Positions 48,766-59,065 of a stretch of 64,000 nucleotides of DNA are shown here, in pieces. The position numbers and the translations under genes are program-made. Position 1 is the first letter of the stretch, and each line of letters begins with the position of its first letter. The DNA comes from an uncultured virus (IMG/VR IMGVR_UViG_3300024243_000011) (Duplodnaviria; Heunggongvirae; Uroviricota; Caudoviricetes), in IMG/VR virus record IMGVR_UViG_3300024243_000011, positions 1 through 64,000 of that record; one strand, 5' to 3'. The notes under the pieces were generated by a model that made no database searches, had not been told where the DNA came from, and saw only the letters and a program-made list of their open reading frames with translations.

Positions 48766-50310
48766 ATGAAGGTTTATGATTTTAAAAATCTTGACGAGAA
48801 TGACAAGCCAAAAGAGATTGATGTTCCTTATAGGGATTTGATGGATAAGCTTGAGCTTACTATCTCAACTCTTTTGTCTAGGAATGCTCTTTATGGTGAT
48901 GTTTTTATTCGTTTGGATCGAAGGTTGCAGAATTTTATGCCACCTACTGCTGCTGTTGCTCCTCGCAATGACAAATGCTATGATATTATTGATGGTGATA
49001 ATGGCAAGAATCGTAAGTTTAAACTTCGCAAGAATAAAAGTGGCAAGGTCAGTGACATCTCTCTTATTTTTGCTCCCCAAATGCTCCATGATAATGATAT
49101 TAATCAGTTGGTTGAGATCTTGTCTCATGAGGCAATGCATATTTTGTTGAGACATATTGAACGTTCTGATTTTATTTTTTCTGATTCTGACAATGATTCT
49201 AGTTCTGGTGGAGGCAACTTCATTCGGCGGAAGTGGAATCTTGCATGTGACTGCGTTGTCAACAGTTATCTAAATAAGGATCTCCTTGATAGCTGTATGG
49301 TAATGGGTAAAAATTTGGATGGAATTTTTCCTGAAAAATTTAAGCTTGAATCTAAGCAGTCCGCTGAATATTACTATGCTAATCTTAAGGATGATGATGT
49401 CGGCGTTTGTAAAAGTTGTGATGGTACTGGAATCGTAAAAAATGGTGATGGTAATCAGTCTTCCCCAGGCGACGGCTCTGATTCTGCTGATAGTGATGGC
49501 GATGGTAATCCAGGTGGCAGCGGCACATCAGGGGATAAGGAGTCTGATAACGACAGTAATGGCTCAGGCGGCAGTATTGATGTTGGTGATGGATATGAGC
49601 TTTGTCCTGACTGTTGTGGCTCTGGCCATTCTGGTGTTGACTCTCACGATTTTTGGGAGCAGATTTCACAAGATCCCGTTTTGAAAGAAAAGATTGCTAG
49701 GGCTGCTCAGTCGGCACTTCGTAATGCTGGAAATAAGGTAGCTGGCTCTATGCCTGGAGATCTTTATGCTGCGATCATTAAGGCTAATGAAACAAAGGTA
49801 GACTGGCGATCTGCTCTTCGTTTCTTTATAAAGAAGAATATTTTTATGGGTAGAAACTTTACTCGAAAGCGCCCTGATCGTCGCCTTGGTTATGTGAACC
49901 CTGGTAAGAAGCGTGAGTATGAGACTGACCTTGTTTTGGCAATTGATACAAGCGGGAGTATTTCAGATGTCGATTTGTCTCAGTTCTTGGCAGAAATGAA
50001 CGACATTGTTGATCGTGTTGCAGAACTTACAGTTGTGGAGTTTGATTCAAGAGTTACTAAGGTTACTGAGAAGGTTAAAAAGGTTAGGAATACATGGAGC
50101 TTTTCCGGTCGGGGCGGCACATGTTTTCAGCCAGTGATCGAACTACTCCAGGACCGCCGTTCAGATGCTTGTATTTTCCTTACAGACCTTTATCCTTGTG
50201 ATGATGTGCATAAGCCTAAGAATAGTTGTCAGATTATGTGGTGTGGCACTGCTGATGCATCTAAGGACTTTAACCCTGGCTTTGGCAAGACTATTTATAT
50301 GGAGGATTGA
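48766..50310 (+). CDS. DUF2201-like metallopeptidase + vWA domain protein (MoxR partner; start revised to ATG 48766)
   Basis: PTAAV, HEAMHILLRH, WNLACD..VN, AEYYY, DSHDFW, AIDTSGS (MIDAS), GRGGT.F, LTD. Confidence 0.9.
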   Translation: MKVYDFKNLDENDKPKEIDVPYRDLMDKLELTISTLLSRNALYGDVFIRLDRRLQNFMPPTAAVAPRNDKCYDIIDGDNGKNRKFKLRKNKSGKVSDISLIFAPQMLHDNDINQLVEILSHEAMHILLRHIERSDFIFSDSDNDSSSGGGNFIRRKWNLACDCVVNSYLNKDLLDSCMVMGKNLDGIFPEKFKLESKQSAEYYYANLKDDDVGVCKSCDGTGIVKNGDGNQSSPGDGSDSADSDGDGNPGGSGTSGDKESDNDSNGSGGSIDVGDGYELCPDCCGSGHSGVDSHDFWEQISQDPVLKEKIARAAQSALRNAGNKVAGSMPGDLYAAIIKANETKVDWRSALRFFIKKNIFMGRNFTRKRPDRRLGYVNPGKKREYETDLVLAIDTSGSISDVDLSQFLAEMNDIVDRVAELTVVEFDSRVTKVTEKVKKVRNTWSFSGRGGTCFQPVIELLQDRRSDACIFLTDLYPCDDVHKPKNSCQIMWCGTADASKDFNPGFGKTIYMED

Positions 50311-50495
50311 TTATGGAAGGTTATATTTTTTGTAAAAAATGTGGTGTTAAATATATGCCAACAGTTTGTGTGAATGAGGATTTTGAGTCTGACGAAGACA
50401 AAGGCAAATGCCTTATAAACTATTGTTGTCCTCAATGTGGTGAGATTAATGAATCATCTGCTGCCGTAGATAATAAGAAGCTTCTTCTAGATTAG
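50307..50495 (+). CDS. small zinc-ribbon protein
   Basis: CKKCG...CPQCG. Confidence 0.55.
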   Translation: MIMEGYIFCKKCGVKYMPTVCVNEDFESDEDKGKCLINYCCPQCGEINESSAAVDNKKLLLD

Positions 50496-50510
50496 ATTGT
50501 TAGTTTAAAA

Positions 50511-51239
50511 TTGGAGTTTTTAATGAGTAATAGACTTACTATATTTGCATTATTTTTTGTAATAACATTTGCTATTTTGTTTTGGGTTACTACTGTTTCT
50601 GTATATGCTTTTGATTTGAGTAAAAGTAATTTTAGGGTCTTGCATATTGGTGACTCACATGTTTGTGGGTGCTATGGTGAAGAGGTACATAAGGGCCTTG
50701 TTAATGTTTTTGGCAAGGACAATGTTGTTACTGTTGGTATAGGTGGGGCTATTTTAAATAACTTTTTTAATGGTAAGAGGCATTGCAATATTAGGTGTCT
50801 TGGTTGTGATAATAACAACTTGAATGTTGGCGAATGTGATAGGGATGTTTTCAAGTCTTTGAGTAATGGTAATTTTGAGTATGATGTTGTTATTGTGTCT
50901 TTAGGTTCTAATTACAGAGGCAAGAGAAGGGTTGTAAAATATAATAAATATATTGGTAAGTTTTTGGATCTAATGTATAAAGATGGTACAATGTGTTTTT
51001 GGGTAGGTGCAGCTAAATCAAAGCGTGACTATATTGATAGTCGTGTTATTAATAAATATTTGGAGAGATATGTTGGGAACTATTGTTATTTTATTGATCC
51101 GGCTGAAATTGTGCAGTTAAGATGGCTCTCCCCAGATTTACTTCATTTTAGTAGGTATGGTTGTAATGTTTTTTCTAATTTTGTTGTTAGTGAAGTTGCT
51201 GGTTTGTTGAAGTTGTTTTGTAAATATTGGATAAACTGA
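50511..51239 (+). CDS. SGNH/GDSL hydrolase with signal anchor
   Basis: IGDSH, G, LGSN, DLLH blocks. Confidence 0.8.
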   Translation: MEFLMSNRLTIFALFFVITFAILFWVTTVSVYAFDLSKSNFRVLHIGDSHVCGCYGEEVHKGLVNVFGKDNVVTVGIGGAILNNFFNGKRHCNIRCLGCDNNNLNVGECDRDVFKSLSNGNFEYDVVIVSLGSNYRGKRRVVKYNKYIGKFLDLMYKDGTMCFWVGAAKSKRDYIDSRVINKYLERYVGNYCYFIDPAEIVQLRWLSPDLLHFSRYGCNVFSNFVVSEVAGLLKLFCKYWIN

Positions 51240-51255
51240 GTGGAGAATTAAAATA

Positions 51256-51951
51256 ATGTTTGAATCTTTTTCTTTTTTTGTTGTAGTGCTTAAGTTAATG
51301 TTATATGTTTCTGGAATTTTTGATTGCGTTGGTTATGTTGTCTTGTTTGATGATAATAAACATTTGTCTCAATATTTTGTTAATACATATGTAAAAGAAG
51401 CTTCTTATATAAATGGCTTGGATGAAAGAGATGTTAAAACTATTATATCAATGGAATCAGGTGGTAGATCAGGCGTTGTCGGGAAAAGTGGGGAGTATGG
51501 TATGATGCAAATTATGCCATATAATTTTGAGAACTTTTATGTTGAGGGAGTCAATAAAAAGCTTGCTCAGCGAGGGCGTGAAAAATTGTTTTTTAATAAT
51601 GATTCTGATCGGTTTAACGTTAGGAGTAACATAATTCTTGGTTCTTATATTTTCTACACTAAGGTTAGATATTATAAGAGTTATATTTGGGCGGCTATGT
51701 CATATAACTTAGGCCCAGGTGGAGTTAAAAAGGCGATAAATATTTGGAAGAGTCGTGAAAACGATAATAGGTGGTTTTGTAAAAAAATTAGCAATGTTAG
51801 GTTTGGTAGACAGTTTTCATATAGTTATAAATATGCTAAACGATCTGGTCGCCTGAGAGAGTGGAACAAGATGTTTGGCTCTATACCTAATGATGCTATG
51901 GATGCGTTTTTAAGTAGGAAGGGTGGTAAATATTGTGAAAGAACTAAATAG
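51256..51951 (+). CDS. lytic transglycosylase (SLT domain)
   Basis: MESGG, GMMQIMP, NI..G, SYNLGPG. Confidence 0.85.
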   Translation: MFESFSFFVVVLKLMLYVSGIFDCVGYVVLFDDNKHLSQYFVNTYVKEASYINGLDERDVKTIISMESGGRSGVVGKSGEYGMMQIMPYNFENFYVEGVNKKLAQRGREKLFFNNDSDRFNVRSNIILGSYIFYTKVRYYKSYIWAAMSYNLGPGGVKKAINIWKSRENDNRWFCKKISNVRFGRQFSYSYKYAKRSGRLREWNKMFGSIPNDAMDAFLSRKGGKYCERTK

Positions 51952-52591
51952 ATTTTTTTATAAGCTTATTAATTTTATTGTTATTTTCATAGTTGCAATA
52001 TTGTTGTTTTATGTTTTATCTTATTTTGCTCATTGTTTTATTGGGTGTAGTAGTAATAATAATGTTTATGCGAATGGTTTGAAATATAAAACAAACTTCT
52101 CTTATAAAGATGAGTGTGTGAGTTATAAGTCTAATATTTTTATTGTTCTTGGTAACAGGAAAAAGACAGTTAGTATTAAAAGGGTTGATTGTTTGGCTAG
52201 CTTTTTAAAAAATGCAGGCTTTAGTGTTGATGACATTAGGTGTGTTGTATTTTCTGGTAGGGGAACTAGGTTTTATAATAAGTTTTATGAGTCAGAATAT
52301 ATGTTAGATTATTTTGCTGACCATTATTTTCAGTTATATAAAAAGCTTATAGCAAGAGATGTGTGTGTGATTGTTGAAAATAAGTCTGATTGCACTTTTA
52401 ATAATGTTGTCTTCTCTTTAAACATGTTAATGAAAAAAGGTTTTATTTATAAAAGGGGGTGTGTGTTTTTTGTTTCTAATATGGATCATGTTTTTGGTGC
52501 TGTAAAGGTGGCAAAAAAGTTTTTTAAGAAGCTTGGTTATGATAAATATGGATTTATTTCTAACGATGTTTTTTTTATAAAATGTTTTTAG
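51923..52591 (+). CDS. YdcF/ElyC (DUF218) family protein
   Basis: IVLG, R, FSGRG, SE, ENKSDCT.NN, VS..H. Confidence 0.7.
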   Translation: MVNIVKELNRFFYKLINFIVIFIVAILLFYVLSYFAHCFIGCSSNNNVYANGLKYKTNFSYKDECVSYKSNIFIVLGNRKKTVSIKRVDCLASFLKNAGFSVDDIRCVVFSGRGTRFYNKFYESEYMLDYFADHYFQLYKKLIARDVCVIVENKSDCTFNNVVFSLNMLMKKGFIYKRGCVFFVSNMDHVFGAVKVAKKFFKKLGYDKYGFISNDVFFIKCF

Positions 52592-52660
52592 TTGTCAACT
52601 ATATATGTTATAATTTAATTAATGGTATTGTTTAACTTTAATTGTTCTAATTAGGAGGTT

Positions 52661-53119
52661 ATGATGAAAAATGGCAAAGGTAAGAAAAGTGGTCTGAAGC
52701 AAGTTGATTTTTTTAGGTATTATTTCAATAAAAAAGTTTGTGCGGCAGTTAGTGTAGGTAGTGATAATAACTATTATGTTGGCTTTTCATTTAAACATCC
52801 TTGCGATAATTATGATAAAAGTAGGGCTAGGATGGTTGCTCAATCAAGGTTAAATAACTTTCCAGTTGTAATTGATAAGAAATTAGTAGATAATCTTGGA
52901 AGTATCTTTCTTGCCATTTGTAGCGTTATTGTGAGTTGTAAAAAAGAGGCTCTTCATTATGCTAAGTCTTCATGTAAATTGACTACAGATAGTAAGAAAG
53001 TTCCAAGCAGTGTTTATAGTGAGTATGCTGTGCGTAAAGTTCGTGAAAAATATGATATTCCATATTGGGCAATTAGGAAGTTTATAACATCATCTACTTC
53101 TAATAAAATGATAGGTTGA
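52661..53119 (+). CDS. hypothetical phage protein
   Basis: aggagg RBS; G.S..HP.D.Y.K...R..A..R pattern. Confidence 0.6.
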   Translation: MMKNGKGKKSGLKQVDFFRYYFNKKVCAAVSVGSDNNYYVGFSFKHPCDNYDKSRARMVAQSRLNNFPVVIDKKLVDNLGSIFLAICSVIVSCKKEALHYAKSSCKLTTDSKKVPSSVYSEYAVRKVREKYDIPYWAIRKFITSSTSNKMIG

Positions 53120-53784
53120 TTATGAGTGTGGATAAGTGTGTTTTTAATAATGTTGATATGGTTAGATTGCAACAAAGTAAATCAACTGATGATAATATTG
53201 ATGTAGGTGTTAAATATAGTGATGATTGTTCTTCTGGTTCTGATTATTTAGATGTAAGTGTTGTTAATAATGATATTTATTTATATAGGCCAATAGATAA
53301 AAACGCATCTTTTAATTTAAGGAGAGCTTTTAAAGAATTAGAATGCTCTCTTAATGATGCATGTATTAAATATAACTTAGACACGCTTCCAGATATTAAC
53401 ATACATATTAATAGTTGTGGTGGTCTTTTATTGGAAGGTTTTAATATTGTTGATTTGATATTAGGTTCTAATTTGAACGTAAACACTTATGTTGAAGGCT
53501 CTGCTGCTTCGGCAGCGTCTATTATATCTATTGTTGGCTCTAATAGGTATATGACTAAGAATTCTTTTATTTTGATTCATGAGCTTAGGAGTGCATCTTT
53601 TGGCAAGTATTCTGAGATCAAAGATGACGTTTCTAATTGTGATTTGTTTATGCAGAAAATTAGAGGTTTTTATGAACAATATACAAACATACCTGTTGGT
53701 GAGTTGGATAATATATTAAAGCATGATTTATATTGGGATAGTGATAAGTGTCTAGAGTATGGTTTGGTTGACTTTGTAGTTTGA
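53116..53784 (+). CDS. clpP: ClpP-like protease proteolytic subunit
   Basis: INSCGG, G.AASAASII, R.M..NS..LIHE, D.Y.....LEYGLVD. Confidence 0.88.
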   Translation: MIMSVDKCVFNNVDMVRLQQSKSTDDNIDVGVKYSDDCSSGSDYLDVSVVNNDIYLYRPIDKNASFNLRRAFKELECSLNDACIKYNLDTLPDINIHINSCGGLLLEGFNIVDLILGSNLNVNTYVEGSAASAASIISIVGSNRYMTKNSFILIHELRSASFGKYSEIKDDVSNCDLFMQKIRGFYEQYTNIPVGELDNILKHDLYWDSDKCLEYGLVDFVV

Positions 53785-54171
53785 ATGATAAAACTAAATA
53801 ATAACTCAAAGAGGGTAAGAAGCTTTATTAATAACTGTATATTAGTTAACAATATGCTTAACATAAAGCTTTTCAGTGATGCAGACAAGGTGGATTCAGA
53901 TATTATTTCTGATCGTATTAATTTTATGTTGTTTAATATATATAAGCAATTAAAAAGTGGTAATAAAATTAATGAATTTAAATTGGGAAAAATTGGTGTC
54001 TGTATTGTTGATAAAGATGAGTTCATGGCCATAAGTAAGGTTTATAGTGTGGATGTTAATGATGATGACTTTATTATTAATAATGATGATAACGTGTTAA
54101 AAAACAAATGTGTTAAACTTTTTTTTAATTTTGATAATTTTTTTGGTGTTAATGACTTTGTTTTTAAGTAA
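53785..54171 (+). CDS. hypothetical protein
   Basis: ORF in operon. Confidence 0.45.
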   Translation: MIKLNNNSKRVRSFINNCILVNNMLNIKLFSDADKVDSDIISDRINFMLFNIYKQLKSGNKINEFKLGKIGVCIVDKDEFMAISKVYSVDVNDDDFIINNDDNVLKNKCVKLFFNFDNFFGVNDFVFK

Positions 54172-54209
54172 TTAGTAATGTAGTTTAATTTAACTTTGGA
54201 ATTATAATA

Positions 54210-55295
54210 ATGTTTGATGTTAAAAAAGATATTTTATTGGAAAGTGTTTATAATAAATACAACTCTGTTGGTAATAAATATTTTTCTTTTAACAAACAAC
54301 GTGAGAAAATGTCAATTAATAGTGGATGCTTGAATTACTTTGTTGACTATGTTAATGAGTGCTTTTCAGGTGTAGGGCTAGATTTGAATGTTATTAGTGA
54401 TATTGCTGTCATTGGTAGTATAATAACTCCCCTTAGTGATGATAATAGTTTTGTTGACATTGTTGTTATTTTAGATAAGGTTAAGTTTTATAATTTTATT
54501 AGAAGTAATTTATACTCTAATGAGTTTATAGACTTTATTATTTCTAACAATGATTCTTTAAAAAACTTTGATTTTAATGAAACATTTAATGATGCTCAAT
54601 ATAATTTAATTTTAAGAAGTGTTAGCAAGAGTATTTGTGATAAAAAAGAGAAGAATGTTAATTTATTTCTAACTGTTGATTCTTTATTTTTAAATGATTA
54701 TAATTATTATATGTTGGTTAAGAGTGGTAATGTTTTTAATAGGTATGTTGAAAATGTTGTTGTTGACTATGTTGACTTTTTAAATGATGTTAATGATAAG
54801 CAGTTTTATAATTTAGTGATTAATGTTTTATATAAATCATTTGAAGATTATAAGTTTTTAATTAAGTGCATTTTAAATAAGAAGGACAATTTTGATGAGT
54901 TGTCTGAAAGTACTAAGTTTTATGAGTCATATAATAGGCTGGTTAAGTTTAAAAATGATTTACATGTTAATAGGTTTAACAATAATTTAAATGTTTTGTG
55001 GCTAGATAAAGATGATAATAATTTGATTGTTGGATATAATAATGTTAATTTAGATTATAAAAAAACTTATTGTTATATGAATATTTTGTATAGTACAATT
55101 AATAAGAATTTATTTTCTAACTTTGAATATAGCTTTAATAGTTTCTTATCTATTGTTAATGCTGTTGTTTTTAATAACAAACATACGAAATCTTTGAAGC
55201 TTAAGGATGCTTGTAGTGTTAGCAATAGTTATTTTGGTGATTTTGTCCCAGGTAGTTTTTTGACTGAAAAGGTTAAAGATAGTATCTTTTTTTAG
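54210..55295 (+). CDS. possible degenerate Pol-beta-like nucleotidyltransferase
   Basis: IAVIGS....S.VDIVVI resembles GS-DxD with the first Asp missing. Confidence 0.35.
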   Translation: MFDVKKDILLESVYNKYNSVGNKYFSFNKQREKMSINSGCLNYFVDYVNECFSGVGLDLNVISDIAVIGSIITPLSDDNSFVDIVVILDKVKFYNFIRSNLYSNEFIDFIISNNDSLKNFDFNETFNDAQYNLILRSVSKSICDKKEKNVNLFLTVDSLFLNDYNYYMLVKSGNVFNRYVENVVVDYVDFLNDVNDKQFYNLVINVLYKSFEDYKFLIKCILNKKDNFDELSESTKFYESYNRLVKFKNDLHVNRFNNNLNVLWLDKDDNNLIVGYNNVNLDYKKTYCYMNILYSTINKNLFSNFEYSFNSFLSIVNAVVFNNKHTKSLKLKDACSVSNSYFGDFVPGSFLTEKVKDSIFF

Positions 55296-55356
55296 TTTTT
55301 TTGTTGTTTGCGATATATTTATTGTTAGAACTTTTAAAATTGGAGACTTTAGTTTA

Positions 55357-55758
55357 ATGAGTAATAAAAATATTAAGGCTATTTATGAAGAGTTAGAAAA
55401 GATTGTTTTAGAATATTCTGATGATGATGAGCATGATGAAGATAGTGATCCTGGTGATGAGGAAGAGGTTGGTATGCGGTCTTCAACTATTGAAATGACT
55501 ACTAGGCAAATTGCTGATGAAGTTGGTGTTTCTCATGTGATGGTTTCTAAGATAGTCAACAAGGCTCTTAAAAAGGCGGCTATTGCTTTTGTTGCAAGCC
55601 AGTTAGAAGATGCTGTTGAGCAATATGAGAATGGCAATATGAAGTTTGTTGACTATAAAAAGAAAGTTGATAGGCTAGTTCCTATTGAAAAGGTTGCAAA
55701 AGAGCTTTATAAGGCTGATCATTTTGTTGAATATTTTATTGCTACTTATTTAAAATAA
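55357..55758 (+). CDS. HTH (sigma region 4-like) protein
   Basis: MTTRQIADEVGVSHVMVSKIVNKALKK. Confidence 0.65.
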   Translation: MSNKNIKAIYEELEKIVLEYSDDDEHDEDSDPGDEEEVGMRSSTIEMTTRQIADEVGVSHVMVSKIVNKALKKAAIAFVASQLEDAVEQYENGNMKFVDYKKKVDRLVPIEKVAKELYKADHFVEYFIATYLK

Positions 55759-55762
55759 TTTT

Positions 55763-56131
55763 TTGGAGGTTTTTATGTTTTGTAAGAATGATTGTAATAA
55801 TAGTTTTACTATAAAACAGAGCGATATAAATATGTTAAAAAACCTTCTTGAGCGTGCTGGCGTTAAAAAGGCTGGAAAATATACTGATGATATGGAAGTT
55901 ATCTTTAAGGCTAGTAATGATGTGCGATTAACTAATTATGAAATTTCGGCATTAAAAAGGTTGCTTGAAACGGCTAGTTTAAATATGATTTTTAATTCAA
56001 TGGGTGAAAAAATAACTAAAAAAGTTAACCTTGTTGACGATGTATTAGATAGGTTCGAGGATAAAATTAAAGATAAAGATGATGGGTTGGGTTGTCTTGG
56101 TGATAATGATGAGAATAAGGATAATGGTTAA
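55763..56131 (+). CDS. hypothetical protein
   Basis: ORF with internal duplicated LK.LLE.A motif. Confidence 0.5.
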   Translation: MEVFMFCKNDCNNSFTIKQSDINMLKNLLERAGVKKAGKYTDDMEVIFKASNDVRLTNYEISALKRLLETASLNMIFNSMGEKITKKVNLVDDVLDRFEDKIKDKDDGLGCLGDNDENKDNG

Positions 56132-56938
56132 ATGAGCAAAAGCTTTTATGATTATTTGCCCAAAGAGTGGGACGAAAATGAGGTTTTGGCTAATTTATTT
56201 CCAGCCGGGTCGTATGAGGGTATTGTACATATAAAGACAGTGCCTTTGATTTTTGATGGTGGCTTATCTTGTAAAGTTAGAATTGTTGTTAAGCCAAGTA
56301 GCAATCTTGGTTCCTTAAATAGTAATTTTGATTATAGTTATTTGTCTGAAAGTTTACATAATTTTGTTGTAGATTATTTTGATGTAATTGGCTGTAGTTT
56401 TGACATAGAGAGTGTTTCGAATGATGAAAACTATTGTACTTGTGATGTTAACATATTAGACTTTGCTGATTTTTCATGTGAAAAAATAAGTCTTTGTAAG
56501 CATAATTTAAGTATGTTGAAAAATTATATAGCAGAGTTGAAAACTATTGAATATAGCTTTATTGGTGATTCATATCCTGGTTGGAAAGAATTTGTTAATA
56601 GTGGTATGCTTCATTATGATATGATTAATGTTGATGATATTGTTGGTGGCACTAGTGTTCGTAATGATTGGGTGCCAAAAAATGCATTTTCATTTGTTAA
56701 TTTTATTAAGAAATTTTCTTTAGGAATTCCTATTATAGATGGCAATCCGATTTCTATTTTAGTAATTTCAGATCGTAACGGTGGTAATTGTTTTATTAAT
56801 GGTGATGGTATGGCAAGAGTAGCAGCAGCAAAAGTGCTTGATGTAAAATATCTGCCATGTAAGGTTGAATATTGTGATTATTCTGATACTGATGATTATA
56901 GTTATTTGAAGAATAATTATGGTTATAATTTTTGTTAA
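56132..56938 (+). CDS. protein with C-terminal ParB-like domain
   Basis: PISI...DG.ARVAAAKVL..KYLP.KV. Confidence 0.5.
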   Translation: MSKSFYDYLPKEWDENEVLANLFPAGSYEGIVHIKTVPLIFDGGLSCKVRIVVKPSSNLGSLNSNFDYSYLSESLHNFVVDYFDVIGCSFDIESVSNDENYCTCDVNILDFADFSCEKISLCKHNLSMLKNYIAELKTIEYSFIGDSYPGWKEFVNSGMLHYDMINVDDIVGGTSVRNDWVPKNAFSFVNFIKKFSLGIPIIDGNPISILVISDRNGGNCFINGDGMARVAAAKVLDVKYLPCKVEYCDYSDTDDYSYLKNNYGYNFC

Positions 56939-56947
56939 GAATTTTTT

Positions 56948-58229
56948 TTGGGGGTTTTTATGTCTGATAATAAGGATTTTAATATTGTTGATTTGTCTAA
57001 GCCTGGAGAGAGAAATAAAGCCTATGGCTTTAATGATGACAACACTAACATAAAGTCAAAGGATGACTTGCCATTAAGAATGGTAACTGAACAAACTAAA
57101 GATGCTATTATTGCTAGAATGGAGGCTACATATAGAAAAATTCTTAATGTTAATAAAGAGTTAAAGAGACAGGGTAGCTCAGAGGTCTTAAGGGTGGCTG
57201 ATGTGTTAGAAAACATTCCAGTGTCTAATATTTTCAGGTTGGTATTTGCTGAGGCGTGGAATAATGATGAAATGATGTTTAAGCTTAAGGGAAAGGTGGG
57301 TGAGCTAGATTCTAGATTAATTGAAGGTTTGAGTAGGGTTAACTTAAAGGTAGTTAAGGTGGAAAAATAGTTTTTAATTAAAATGTCTAAAAAGAATAAT
57401 AAAAGTAAATATTTTTATGAGAAGCATATTGTAGAATGTGTTTGTACACATCAATTACAAAAAAACAAGAAAGTCTTTATCCCATATGTTATTGAGGTTT
57501 TTTCCTTAATATTGGTTGATGATTTATCTGTTGTCCCGAAGGTAGTTGTTTGTGAAAATTGCGGTAGATTTCATAATGTGTATGAGGTCGGCAAAAGTGA
57601 TATGGTTGATGGCGGTGAATATATAGATTTAAGTGATGTTAAAAAGTCTATAGGTTACGATGACTTGTTAGAGGTTATGGATGATTTAGTTTGTTCTTTT
57701 GCTACATATGAAGAGGTAGAGTTTTGTATTAAAGAAAAGCTGTATGATAGAAAGATTTGTCTGAGTAAGAACATCTCAGATGATAACGAAGATGTGTATG
57801 GCAAGACTTTAGTTTTAAGTAAGTGTACAAAGAAGAAATGTGACTTTTTAGTGAAAAACTATTCTTTTAAGAGGAGAAGTGGTTTACAAATTGTATGAGT
57901 TGTGTTATAATAATATTGTAATATTAAGTTAAAGTGAGTTTTTTATGTCTAAAATAATTAAAAGTATAGATGATGTTGGTTCATCAGGTTTGTTATCTTC
58001 TGTTCCGCTAGTTTTTAATAGCAAAAAAGAGATAGAGGCAGAGCGTCAAACTGAGCGTATGGAAGCTAAGAAGTTAGTTAGGCGGCTTGTTGATGACAAT
58101 AATTTAAATCAAAGACAAATATTATATGTGATCAGAAATCTAGCATTAGAGATCGAGAAATCTTCTTATTCTAGAAGAATGTATGATTTAGCTAAGGAGT
58201 GTATTGAAGAGATTACAATCTCTATTTAA
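56948..58229 (+). CDS. three hypothetical proteins (56948-57370, 57383-57898 with CxC/CxxC, 57945-58229)
   Basis: contiguous ORFs. Confidence 0.55.
57881..57911 (+). promoter_or_regulatory. variant promoter element GGTTTACA-N17-TATAAT
   Basis: aagt ggtttaca aattgtatgagttgtgt tataat. Confidence 0.6.
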
Positions 58230-58238
58230 TTTTTAACT

Positions 58239-58433
58239 ATGGAGGTAGATTTTATGGATTTTACAAACAGGTTTGAAGAGATTAAGGCTTTGGTTGAGGA
58301 ACTGACTGTTGATGCAGCTAAAACTTATGGTAAGAAAAATAAGAGTGCTGGAAAGCGTGTTCGTAAAGGGCTGCTTCAACTCAAGAAGTTGGCAACTGAG
58401 TGTAGAAAGGAAACTCTAGAAATTTGTAAATAA
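58239..58433 (+). CDS. histone H1-like protein, Hc1 family
   Basis: DAAK....NKSAG.RVRK.L..LKKLA.E.RKE signature. Confidence 0.8.
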   Translation: MEVDFMDFTNRFEEIKALVEELTVDAAKTYGKKNKSAGKRVRKGLLQLKKLATECRKETLEICK

Positions 58434-58464
58434 ATTTTTATAGGTATAGGGGAGGGGTTTTAAT

Positions 58465-58761
58465 ATGAATAAGGTTCTTGAAGATAAGTTGTTGTTGGGC
58501 TTTAAGAAAAAGTTTGGTGAATGTTATAGCTTATGTAATAGTTGTGATGTTGAGTGTCCTAATAATGATTGTAGATACTGGGTTGATTGTGATAAATATA
58601 AAAATTGTTCTATCATTGTAGCTAATGATGGACCTAAAACACAGGCTGAGGTTGGTGATATAATAGGGTGTACTGGTATGAGGGTTTGTCAATTGGAAAA
58701 ATCTTCACTAAAAAAGATGGTTAAACGTGGTTGTAAAAGCAGGAAGGACTGGGTTAATTAA
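58465..58761 (+). CDS. Cys-rich protein with sigma-70 region 4-like HTH
   Basis: CRYW..NC; TQAEVG..IG.T..RV.QLEK..LKK. Confidence 0.7.
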   Translation: MNKVLEDKLLLGFKKKFGECYSLCNSCDVECPNNDCRYWVDCDKYKNCSIIVANDGPKTQAEVGDIIGCTGMRVCQLEKSSLKKMVKRGCKSRKDWVN

Positions 58762-58762
58762 T

Positions 58763-59065
58763 ATGCCTATGTATGAATATGTTTGTAAAAGTTGTGGTGA
58801 CTCTTTTGAAGAAATAGTGCCAATGTCTGAACGGGATGCCATGCCAGTATGCCCCAAGTGTAACTCTAGCGAAGGAGTCAAGAGGGCTGTTTCAGCAACT
58901 AATTTTAGGTTAGCAGGTACTGGCTGGGCTAGTGATGGCTATTCTTCTACTAGTATGAATCGTAAAACAAAGCCAGGGCAGGCATTGTCACATGCTGTTG
59001 ATGATGCTAAGGATTCCTTGAGTGAAACTAAAGAAGAACTTAACAAAAAGAGGTTGGGTAAATAA
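58763..59065 (+). CDS. FmdB-family zinc-ribbon protein
   Basis: MPMYEYVCKSCG..FE...CPKC...F.L.G.GW..DGY. Confidence 0.85.
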   Translation: MPMYEYVCKSCGDSFEEIVPMSERDAMPVCPKCNSSEGVKRAVSATNFRLAGTGWASDGYSSTSMNRKTKPGQALSHAVDDAKDSLSETKEELNKKRLGK

